32,000 bases of DNA. Origin: Candidatus Kuenenia stuttgartensis (lineage in GTDB: Bacteria; Planctomycetota; Brocadiia; Brocadiales; Brocadiaceae). The translations under genes were made by a program, and so were the position numbers. The stretch is from contig NZ_LT934425.1 of the NCBI RefSeq assembly GCF_900232105.1, forward strand, positions 1,410,001-1,442,000. The letters are read 5' to 3'. How positions within the stretch are numbered: the stretch's first letter is position 1; each line of letters begins with the position of its first letter. Under the pieces are notes generated by a model, which saw only the letters and a program-made list of their open reading frames with translations, was not told where the DNA came from and searched no databases. This document shows positions 1 through 6,270 of the stretch, in pieces.

Positions 1-19
1 GGACTGGGGACTGGGAACA

Positions 20-264
20 TCTCTCGTTCCCAAGCATCTCTCGTTCCCAGTCTCTCTCGTTCCCAAGCTCCGGCGTACACCCTTGTTCCCAAGCTCCGGC
101 GCACACCCTTGTTCCCAAGCTCCGGCGCACACCCTTGTTCCCAAGCTCCGGCGCACACCCTCGTTCCCAAGCTCCGGCGCACACCCTCGTTCCCAAGCTC
201 CGGCGTACACCCTTGTTCCCAAGCTCCGGCGTACACCCTTGTTCCCAAGCTCCGGCTTGGGAAT
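20..264 (+). repeat. REP array 1: degenerate lead-in, then 8 head-to-tail copies (starts 59,85,111,137,163,189,215,241) of the 26-bp unit GTTCCCAAGCTCCGGCG(C/T)ACACCCT(C/T). The last copy closes as hairpin TTCCCAAGC-TCCG-GCTTGGGAA
   Basis: Read directly; exact 26-bp period; abuts the 3' end of the RAYT gene. Confidence 0.9.
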
Positions 265-293
265 ACGCTTATACCAGAAGCTCCAGCTTCTTT

Positions 294-827
294 TCATAAT
301 TCAATTTGATCTATCTCGATACATCCTTTGCCATAAAGGTAATTCCCTGCGCTCGAATAAACCCAATGTCCGGCATCTTCTACCAGCCCCCTTCTTACAG
401 GATTGCAATGTATATATGCAACCTTTTGTCTAAACACATCCTCCTGCGCAACCACCTGCGGGTGGAATCCTTCCTGCCATACCTGATATTCGCTGGTAGC
501 CTTGTGTCCTTTTTTATAAAATTCAAACTGTTTCAGAAGCCGCTTCCTCTGATTCTCTTTTGCTATCCGTATAATTTCCCGCGCAGTATAGCTCTTAAAA
601 TCTCTTATTATTCCAGACACCGCCTCTGACGAAACAAGAAGGTGTATATGGGTATCCATTACAACATAAGCAAACAATCGCAGCCCTTTTTTCTGTCTGC
701 AATAAGTTAACGAATTGACTATGATGTCGCAAAATATCTTTTCTGTAAATACCGGTAGCCACCCGACAATTGTAGAGGTTATAAAATACAGGTTGCTGTT
801 TTTTACTATTTTGTAACGTGATCTCAT
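294..827 (-). CDS. rayT: REP-associated tyrosine transposase (RAYT, IS200/IS605-like Y1 HUH transposase), copy 1
   Basis: 177-aa ORF. HUH motif in VVMDTHIHLLV and Tyr motif VAYIHCNPVRRGLV. Flanked by REP hairpins in inverted orientation. Confidence 0.85.
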   Translation of the reverse strand: MRSRYKIVKNSNLYFITSTIVGWLPVFTEKIFCDIIVNSLTYCRQKKGLRLFAYVVMDTHIHLLVSSEAVSGIIRDFKSYTAREIIRIAKENQRKRLLKQFEFYKKGHKATSEYQVWQEGFHPQVVAQEDVFRQKVAYIHCNPVRRGLVEDAGHWVYSSAGNYLYGKGCIEIDQIEL

Positions 828-864
828 GATTTTCCGCGCAAAGCATCGCTTTTACCGCATGTAC

Positions 865-921
865 GTTCCCAAGCCGGAGCTTGGGAACGAGGGTGTGCAC
901 CGGAACTTGGGAACGAGGGTG
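865..921 (-). repeat. Inverted REP pair upstream of RAYT-1: hairpin GTTCCCAAGC-CGGA-GCTTGGGAAC, one reverse-oriented 26-bp unit, then GAGGGTG
   Basis: Reverse complement of the 26-bp unit found on the other side of the gene. Confidence 0.85.
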
Positions 922-931
922 AAACAGTCCT

Positions 932-1029
932 CAATCGGCAATCGGCAGTCAGAAGTCAGAGGTCTGAAGTCGGCAGTCGGCAGTCGGCAAATTACAGATT
1001 GAGGATTGCAGACTGGGGACTGGGAACAC
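932..1029. repeat. Phased heptanucleotide block of 14 consecutive 7-mers: CAATCGG x2, CAGTCAG, AAGTCAG, AGGTCTG, AAGTCGG, CAGTCGG x2, CAAATTA, CAGATTG, AGGATTG, CAGACTG, GGGACTG, GGAACAC
   Basis: Unbroken 7-bp register counted base by base. Confidence 0.85.
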
Positions 1030-1067
1030 CTCTCGTTCCCAGGCATCTCTAGTTCCCAGTCTCTCTC

Positions 1068-1169
1068 GTTCCCAAGCTCCGGCGCACACCCTCGTTCCCA
1101 AGCTCCGGCGTACACCCTTGTTCCCAAGCTCCGGCGTACACCCTTGTTCCCAAGCTCCGGCTTGGGAAT
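1068..1169 (+). repeat. REP array 2: 4 copies of the 26-bp unit (starts 1068,1094,1120,1146), with a terminal hairpin
   Basis: Same unit as array 1 at lower copy number. Confidence 0.9.
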
Positions 1170-1198
1170 ACGCTTATGCCAGAAGCTCCAGCTTCTTT

Positions 1199-1732
1199 TC
1201 ATAATTCAATTTGATCTATCTCGATACATCCTTTGCCATAAAGGTAATTCCCTGCGCTCGAATAAACCCAATGTCCGGCATCTTCTACCAGCCCCCTTCT
1301 TACAGGATTGCAATGTATATATGCAACCTTTTGTCTAAGCACATCCTCCTGCGCAACCATCTGCGGGTGGAATCCTTCCTGCCATACCTGATATTCGCTG
1401 GTCGCCTTGTGTCCTTTTTTGTAAAATTCAAACTGTTTCAGAAGCCGCTTCCTCTGATTCTCTTTTGCTATCCGTATAATTTCCCGCGCAGTATAGCTCT
1501 TAAAATCTCTTATTATTTCAGACGCCGCCTCTGACGAAACAAGGAGGTGTATATGGGTATCCATTACAACATAAGCAAACAATCGCAGCCCTTTTTTCTG
1601 TCTGCAATAAGTTAACGAATTGACTATGATGTCGCAAAATATCTTTTCTGTAAATACCGGTAGCCACCCGACAATTGTAGAGGTTATAAAATACAGGTTG
1701 CTGTTTTTTACTATTTTGTAACGTGACCTCAT
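1199..1732 (-). CDS. rayT: REP-associated tyrosine transposase (RAYT), copy 2
   Basis: 177 aa; differs from copy 1 at 4 residues (AVSG/AASE, QVV/QMV, DVF/DVL); same HUH and Tyr motifs. Confidence 0.85.
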   Translation of the reverse strand: MRSRYKIVKNSNLYFITSTIVGWLPVFTEKIFCDIIVNSLTYCRQKKGLRLFAYVVMDTHIHLLVSSEAASEIIRDFKSYTAREIIRIAKENQRKRLLKQFEFYKKGHKATSEYQVWQEGFHPQMVAQEDVLRQKVAYIHCNPVRRGLVEDAGHWVYSSAGNYLYGKGCIEIDQIEL

Positions 1733-1769
1733 GATTTTCCACGCAAAGCATCGCTTTTACCGCATGTAC

Positions 1770-1826
1770 GTTCCCAAGCCGGAGCTTGGGAACGAGGGTG
1801 TGCACCGGGGCTTGGGAACGAGGGTG
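1770..1826 (-). repeat. Inverted REP pair upstream of RAYT-2
   Basis: Near-identical to 865..921. Confidence 0.85.
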
Positions 1827-1836
1827 AAACAGTCTT

Positions 1837-1948
1837 CAATCGGCAATCGGCAATCGGCAATCGGCAGTCAGAAGTCAGAGGTCTGAAGTCGGCAGTCGGC
1901 AGTCGGCAAATTACAGATTGAGGATTGCAGACTGGGGACTGGGAACAC
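1837..1948. repeat. Phased heptanucleotide block, 16 x 7 bp (CAATCGG x4, then the same series as 932..1029)
   Basis: Paralog of 932..1029 with two extra CAATCGG units. Confidence 0.85.
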
Positions 1949-1986
1949 CTCTCGTTCCCAGGCATCTCTAGTTCCCAGTCTCTCTC

Positions 1987-2036
1987 GTTCCCAAGCTCCG
2001 GCGCACACCCTTGTTCCCAAGCTCCGGCTTGGGAAT
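1987..2036 (+). repeat. REP array 3: 2 copies (1987, 2013), with a terminal hairpin
   Basis: Same 26-bp unit. Confidence 0.85.
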
Positions 2037-2065
2037 ACGCTTATACCAGAAGCTCCAGCTTCTTT

Positions 2066-2097
2066 TCATAATTCAATTTGATCTATCTCGATACACC
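2066..2097 (-). pseudogene. RAYT remnant: only the last ~10 codons (GCIEIDQIEL) and the stop remain
   Basis: Matches the 3' ends of 294..827 and 1199..1732; homology stops at about 2097. Confidence 0.7.
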
Positions 2098-2156
2098 CTC
2101 TTGACGTATGCATGAGTGTCAAATACGTGTAGATGCGGCATAATGGGCTACCTGCT

Positions 2157-2472
2157 AAAAATGTTAAAATACGAAATACGACGCTCGAAATCCGAAACAA
2201 GTTCCGAAATACAAAAATACAATGACAAAAACATTGTTTGCTGCACGATGTAGTCATGTAGTGCGACGAGGTTCGTCGCACTACAAATGATAATTTCCCG
2301 TTTCAAAAGACTAAAGTACTACGGTTTTTTTCATTGGGATTTTGTATTTTTGAATTTGTTTCGTATTTCGTACTTCGAATTTCGTATTTTTTATTTCCTG
2401 CTTGTTTGGTTCTGTCTACGCCAGCTCATGGCTCATGGTTCGTGGCTCATGGTTCAAATCGTACTTCGTACA
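2157..2472. repeat. E-family heptamer-built imperfect palindrome (E0). Left arm is AAATACG/AAATCCG-type 7-mers and right arm is TTTCGTA-type 7-mers. It carries the motif GCTTGTTTGGTTCTGTCT, followed by GCTCATG-type 7-mers
   Basis: The arms are reverse complements by eye; 7-bp register throughout. Confidence 0.65.
2258..2284. repeat. Perfect hairpin GTAGTGCGACGA-GGT-TCGTCGCACTAC at the centre of E0, followed by AAATGATAA
   Basis: 12-bp perfect stem read directly. Confidence 0.85.
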
Positions 2473-2497
2473 TCTTCTGTCAAGGTTCATTTATGTT

Positions 2498-2980
2498 TTA
2501 CAGCAGGTTGAATTTCTTCAGGATGCCGGCGACTTTTTCATCGGTCTTGCTGAGGGTTCTGAATGCATCTATGAGGGTATGCAGTTTGTTACGGTTTGTT
2601 GCTATGTCGTCCTCTATCTTCTTAACCTTGTCTTCAAAGGGACGTATCATGGTGCGCCTGTCCCACAGGGCAAACCATATTGTGCCGCCACACAACGTCG
2701 CAAATGCGCCAAAGATGCCCAGCATTATATGGACCAACCGGTCAAATTGTTTATCTATGCGGTCAAATTGTTTATCTATACGGCCAAACTGGATATTTAT
2801 GTCTTCCCGGAGTTGTTTTACTTCTCCGCGAAAAGCAGACTGCCCTTCTTCAAGCCGTGTAAGCCTTTCCACTATCTCCCGGTCGCTGATGTGGGGTGCT
2901 GCCTCTATGGCAAATGTTTGGCTATTACAGGCAATAAGAGCGGACGCTATGAATAGAATAATAATGGATAAATTCTTCAT
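2498..2980 (-). CDS. Paralog P1 of a signal-peptide / coiled-coil / TM protein with 3 QFxRxDx heptads; no family recognised
   Basis: The ORF track gives 2498..3016 from a TTG. I prefer the ATG at 2980, which gives MKNLSIIILFIASALIAC (signal peptide, LIAC lipobox), one TM helix IMLGIFGAFATLCGGTIWFALW and a 55-aa tail. Confidence 0.7.
   Translation of the reverse strand: MKNLSIIILFIASALIACNSQTFAIEAAPHISDREIVERLTRLEEGQSAFRGEVKQLREDINIQFGRIDKQFDRIDKQFDRLVHIMLGIFGAFATLCGGTIWFALWDRRTMIRPFEDKVKKIEDDIATNRNKLHTLIDAFRTLSKTDEKVAGILKKFNLL
2739..2801 (-). repeat. In-frame 21-bp tandem repeat x3 inside P1 (CGGTCAAATTGTTTATCTATG type)
   Basis: Counted directly; encodes the QFDRIDK units. Confidence 0.85.
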
Positions 2981-2987
2981 AAACAGC

Positions 2988-3016
2988 AGCTTAAATTTGA
3001 CATGCGGTTTTGTCAA
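2988..3016 (-). promoter_or_regulatory. Candidate sigma70-type promoter of P1: TTGACA, 17 bp, TAAGCT, then ATG 7 nt downstream (possible leaderless mRNA)
   Basis: Perfect -35 hexamer, 17-bp spacer, -10 with T1/A2/T6. No Shine-Dalgarno before the ATG. Conserved in all four copies. Confidence 0.35.
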
Positions 3017-3031
3017 GGAAATTAGTCATTG

Positions 3032-3087
3032 GTCAGAAGTCGGAAGTCGGCAAATTGCAGATTGCCGATTGAGGACTGCGGACCGAT
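3032..3087. repeat. Heptanucleotide tract upstream of P1: 3 variable units (GTCAGAA, GTCGGAA, GTCGGCA) plus a constant 5-unit tail AATTGCA GATTGCC GATTGAG GACTGCG GACCGAT
   Basis: Counted base by base. Confidence 0.85.
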
Positions 3088-3217
3088 TTTATAATCTGTT
3101 CCTGCCCCATAAAATCCTTTTTTTATTTCATCTGTGAAATCTGTGGTTTCCGTTTTTCAATCTGTGGAATCTGTTAAATCTGTGGTTTCTCTTTTGAAAG
3201 TCGGGAACCGGTAGTTT

Positions 3218-3721
3218 TTACAGCAGGTTGAATTTCTTCAGGATGCCGGCGACTTTTTCATCGGTCTTGCTGAGGGTTCTGAATGCATCTATGAGGGTGT
3301 GCAGCTTGTTGCGGTTTGCCGCGATGTCGTCCTCTATCTTCTTAACCTTGTCTTCAAAGGGGCGTATCATGGTGCGCCTGTCCCACAGGGCAAACCATAT
3401 CGTGCCGCCACACAACGCCGCAAATGCGCCAAAGATGCCAAGCATTATATGGACCAACCGGTCAAATTGTTTATCTATGCGGTCAAATTGAGCATCTATC
3501 CTGCCAAACTGGGTATCTACACGGTCAAACTGTTTATTCATGTTCTCGCGGAGTTGTTTTACTTCTTCGCGAAAAGCAGACTGCCCTTCTTCAAGCCGTG
3601 TTAGCCTTTCCACGATTTCCCGGTCGCTGATGTGGGGTGCGGCTTCTATTGCAAATGCCTGGCTATTACAGGCAATAAGAGCGGACGCTATGAATAGCAT
3701 AATAATGGGCAAATTCTTCAT
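3218..3721 (-). CDS. Paralog P2, 4 heptads
   Basis: The ORF track gives 3218..3757; ATG at 3721; same architecture as P1. Confidence 0.7.
   Translation of the reverse strand: MKNLPIIMLFIASALIACNSQAFAIEAAPHISDREIVERLTRLEEGQSAFREEVKQLRENMNKQFDRVDTQFGRIDAQFDRIDKQFDRLVHIMLGIFGAFAALCGGTIWFALWDRRTMIRPFEDKVKKIEDDIAANRNKLHTLIDAFRTLSKTDEKVAGILKKFNLL
3459..3542 (-). repeat. In-frame 21-bp tandem repeat x4 inside P2
   Basis: Counted directly. Confidence 0.85.
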
Positions 3722-3728
3722 AAACAGC

Positions 3729-3757
3729 AGCTTAAATTTGACATGCGGTTTTGTCAA
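3729..3757 (-). promoter_or_regulatory. Candidate TTGACA-17-TAAGCT promoter of P2
   Basis: Identical to the P1 site. Confidence 0.35.
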
Positions 3758-3772
3758 GGAAATTAGTCATTG

Positions 3773-3877
3773 GTCAGAAATCAGAAGTCAGAAGTCAGAA
3801 GTCAGAAGTCAGAAGTCGGAAGTCGGAAGTCGGAAGTCGGCAAATTGCAGATTGCCGATTGAGGACTGCGGACTGAT
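3773..3877. repeat. Heptanucleotide tract upstream of P2: 10 variable units (GTCAGAA, ATCAGAA, GTCAGAA x4, GTCGGAA x3, GTCGGCA) plus the constant 5-unit tail
   Basis: Counted base by base. Confidence 0.85.
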
Positions 3878-3968
3878 TTTATAATCTGTGCCTGCCCCAT
3901 AAAATCCTTTTTTTATTTCATCTGTGAAATCTGTGGTTTCTCTTTTGAAAGTCGGGAACCGGTAGTTT

Positions 3969-4514
3969 TTACAGCAGGTTGAATTTCTTCAGGATGCCGG
4001 CGACTTTTTCATCGGTCTTGCTGAGGGTTCTGAATGCATCTATGAGGGTATGCAGCTTGTTGCGGTTTGCCGCGATGTCGTCCTCTATCTTCTTAACCTT
4101 GTCTTCAAAGGGGCGTATCATGGTGCGCCTGTCCCACAGGGCAAACCATATTGTGCCGCCGCACAACGCCGCAAATGCGCCAAAGATGCCAAGCATTATA
4201 TGGACCAGCCGGTCAAATTGTTTGTCTATTCTGTCAAACTGAGCATCTATCCTGCCAAACTGGGTATCCATCCTGCCAAACTGAGTATCTACCCGATCAA
4301 ACTGTTTATTCATGTCCTCACGGAGTTGTCTTATTACATCCGCATTTGCCCTGATTTCTGCCCGTAGTGCGTTTTGCCCTTCTTCGAGCCGTGTAAGCCT
4401 TTCCACAATTTCCCGGTCGCTGATGTGCGGTGCGGCATCTATGGCAAATGTTTGGCTATTACAGGCAATAAGAGCGGACGCTATTAATAGAATAATAATG
4501 GATAAATTCTTCAT
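3969..4514 (-). CDS. Paralog P3, 5 heptads plus one extra upstream heptad (EIRANAD)
   Basis: The ORF track gives 3969..4550; ATG at 4514. Confidence 0.7.
   Translation of the reverse strand: MKNLSIIILLIASALIACNSQTFAIDAAPHISDREIVERLTRLEEGQNALRAEIRANADVIRQLREDMNKQFDRVDTQFGRMDTQFGRIDAQFDRIDKQFDRLVHIMLGIFGAFAALCGGTIWFALWDRRTMIRPFEDKVKKIEDDIAANRNKLHTLIDAFRTLSKTDEKVAGILKKFNLL
4210..4314 (-). repeat. In-frame 21-bp tandem repeat x5 inside P3
   Basis: Counted directly. Confidence 0.85.
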
Positions 4515-4521
4515 AAGCAGC

Positions 4522-4550
4522 AGCTTAAATTTGACATGCAGTTTTGTCAA
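4522..4550 (-). promoter_or_regulatory. Candidate TTGACA-17-TAAGCT promoter of P3
   Basis: Same hexamers and spacing. Confidence 0.35.
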
Positions 4551-4565
4551 GAAAATTAGTCCTTG

Positions 4566-4635
4566 GTCAGAAATCAGAAGTCAGAAGTCAGAAGTCGGCA
4601 AATTGCAGATTGCCGATTGAGGACTGCGGACCGAT
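4566..4635. repeat. Heptanucleotide tract upstream of P3: 5 variable units (GTCAGAA, ATCAGAA, GTCAGAA x2, GTCGGCA) plus the constant tail
   Basis: Counted base by base. Confidence 0.85.
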
Positions 4636-4726
4636 TTTATAATCTGTGCCTGCCCCATAAAATCCTTTTTTTATTTCATCTGTGAAATCTGTGGTTTCTC
4701 TTTTGAAAGTCGGGAACCGGTAGTTT

Positions 4727-5188
4727 TTACAGCAGGTTGAATTTCTTCAGGATGCCGGCGACTTTTTCATCGGTCTTGCTGAGGGTTCTGAATGCATCTA
4801 TGAAGGTATGCAGCTTGTTGCGGTTTGCCGCGATGTCGTCCTCTATCTTCTTAACCTTGTCTTCAAAGGGGCGTATCATGGTACGCCTGTCCCACAGGGC
4901 AAACCATATCGTGCCGCCACACAACGCCGCAAATGCGCCAAAGATACCCAGCATTATATGGACCAGCCGGTCAAATTGTTTGTCTATACGGTCAAACTGT
5001 TTATTCATGTCTTCCCGGAGTTGTTTTACTTCTTCGCGAAAAGCAGACTGCCCTTCTTCGAGCCGTGTAAGCCTTTCCACGATTTCCCGGTCGCTGATGT
5101 GCGGCGCGGTCTCTATGGCAAATGTTTGGCTATTACAGACAATAAGAGCGGACGCTATGAATAGAATAATAATGGATAAATTCTTCAT
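4727..5188 (-). CDS. Paralog P4, 2 heptads; the signal peptide ends LIVC (non-canonical lipobox)
   Basis: The ORF track gives 4727..5224; ATG at 5188. Confidence 0.7.
   Translation of the reverse strand: MKNLSIIILFIASALIVCNSQTFAIETAPHISDREIVERLTRLEEGQSAFREEVKQLREDMNKQFDRIDKQFDRLVHIMLGIFGAFAALCGGTIWFALWDRRTMIRPFEDKVKKIEDDIAANRNKLHTFIDAFRTLSKTDEKVAGILKKFNLL
4968..5009 (-). repeat. In-frame 21-bp tandem repeat x2 inside P4
   Basis: Counted directly. Confidence 0.85.
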
Positions 5189-5195
5189 AAACAGC

Positions 5196-5224
5196 AGCTT
5201 AAATTTGACCTGCAGTTTTGTCAA
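5196..5224 (-). promoter_or_regulatory. Candidate TTGACA-17-TAAGCT promoter of P4; it has no GTCAGAA tract upstream, only ATTAGTC x2
   Basis: Same hexamers and spacing. Confidence 0.3.
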
Positions 5225-5350
5225 GAAAATTAGTCATTAGTCATGCATAGCAAGATTTGCCTGTGATAATGACGGGCCAGCGAAGGACGAGGGACGAAGG
5301 AAGAGGGATATCTTTCGTCTGTAGCATCCTGGCTATACCAGCTTAGGATT

Positions 5351-5689
5351 TCACAACACAATGTATAGGATGATATTTGTCATTAGGTATGCGGGTATGA
5401 GCAGCCATACGAATATAATAACGAATGTGGTATCTGTACAAAACAAACCATAGCGCACATCCAGAGCAAAGAGGATAAGGCAGACCGTGGGGAAGAGTAG
5501 GAAGGGTGTTATTATTATGTAAAAAAGTATGGGGTGAGAATGATAAAGCAATATTTGAGAAAGATACGTATTGCATGCGTAAAACAGGAGTAACGCAAAA
5601 GAAAATATCTTCGTTTTCGCAAAAAAATAGCTCGCTGCCGCTATGATGAATAAAAAACACGCTATTATGAATAACCCGCTTATTGGCAC
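5351..5689 (-). CDS. Hypothetical small integral membrane protein (about 4 hydrophobic segments), GTG start
   Basis: 112-aa ORF, strongly hydrophobic. AT-rich DNA can mimic this, and no family was recognised. Confidence 0.3.
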   Translation of the reverse strand: MPISGLFIIACFLFIIAAASYFFAKTKIFSFALLLFYACNTYLSQILLYHSHPILFYIIITPFLLFPTVCLILFALDVRYGLFCTDTTFVIIFVWLLIPAYLMTNIILYIVL

Positions 5690-5734
5690 TCGTATTTCTC
5701 TTTGTATGTTTATGAAGCAATCTACAATCTACAG

Positions 5735-5830
5735 CCGGCAAATTGCAGATTGGGGACTGGAGACTGGAGACTGGAGATCAGTAATTTCTTTGTATTTTTT
5801 GGCAAAATATTTAATGCTGAAATCCGAAAT
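5735..5830. repeat. Heptamer block (CCGGCAA ATTGCAG ATTGGGG ACTGGAG x3) followed by the G-repeat GTAATTTCTTTGTATTTTTTGGCAAAATATTTAATGCTGAAATCCGA
   Basis: Paralogous to the two flanks of tRNA-Val (6581..6651 and 6745..6795), with no tRNA between them. Confidence 0.75.
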
Positions 5831-5982
5831 CCTCAATACTCACGCAAAATTACGAAAGGGGGAACCCCGGATTATATAGATTTTTCAGGCAGGATGGAGA
5901 GCCGGTTTCTTCCCCTCATATTGCAGCCGCTAAGCGGTCTCGCCGTAAGCAACGCCGAAATTTTCCTACTGTCATACTGCAA

Positions 5983-6261
5983 TTATTGATGAGCTGTTAT
6001 GGCTATGATGGTAATCTGTTTTTTGTCAGGGCCATAGCACCAAAATATTCTATATGCTGCCGGTGTGGATTGTTCAGCATAAGCCTCAAAAACCTTTTCT
6101 CCTTTCGGCCCTTTCAATGTGGTAAACTCATGGGTTTGCAAGCCCGGATGCCTTGGATTTTGAGACAGAAACTGAATGGCCTTTTTTACCGCCGTGTATC
6201 TCTTGAAAAGTCCCTTGTCGGTTTTGAGTTTGTCGAGGTCGGTTAAGAATATTTCAAACAA
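5983..6261 (-). CDS. Type II toxin, RelE/ParE superfamily
   Basis: 92 aa; C-terminal AYRIFWCYGPDKKQITIIAITAH pattern typical of the fold; lies 9 bp downstream of a small partner ORF. Confidence 0.7.
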   Translation of the reverse strand: MFEIFLTDLDKLKTDKGLFKRYTAVKKAIQFLSQNPRHPGLQTHEFTTLKGPKGEKVFEAYAEQSTPAAYRIFWCYGPDKKQITIIAITAHQ

Positions 6262-6270
6262 GGGATTTTA

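Noticed and set aside
59-264. Possible CRISPR array, given the regular short repeats
   Set aside because: The units are contiguous at a 26-bp period with no unique spacers, there are no cas genes, and the sequence is the REP of the adjacent RAYT.
83-433. Plus-strand ORFs across the REP arrays (83..433, 109..309, 1006..1338) that give repetitive peptides such as FPSSGAHPCSQAPAHTLVPKLRRTP
   Set aside because: They are read-through of 26-bp tandem repeats, which cycles the frame. They also overlap the well-supported minus-strand RAYT genes and have no start context.
3046-3066. Resemblance between the intergenic words CGGCAAATTGCAGATTG and the coding 21-bp repeat CGGTCAAATTGTTTATC, which could suggest the coding heptads derive from intergenic heptamers
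   Set aside because: Only about 10-12 matching bases with an indel. That is too short to separate from chance or shared compositional bias without statistics.
2334-5240. Long plus-strand ORFs antisense to the paralog array (2334..3137, 2402..2956, 3540..3884, 4312..4620, 4737..5240 and others)
   Set aside because: They mirror the minus-strand genes, which have coherent signal peptide, coiled coil and TM features. The plus-strand products are low-complexity and run through the heptamer tracts.
5343-5741. 132-aa ORF in the alternative frame overlapping the hydrophobic 112-aa ORF
   Set aside because: It has no coherent features. The hydrophobic frame is the more plausible of the two, and even that is reported only at low confidence.
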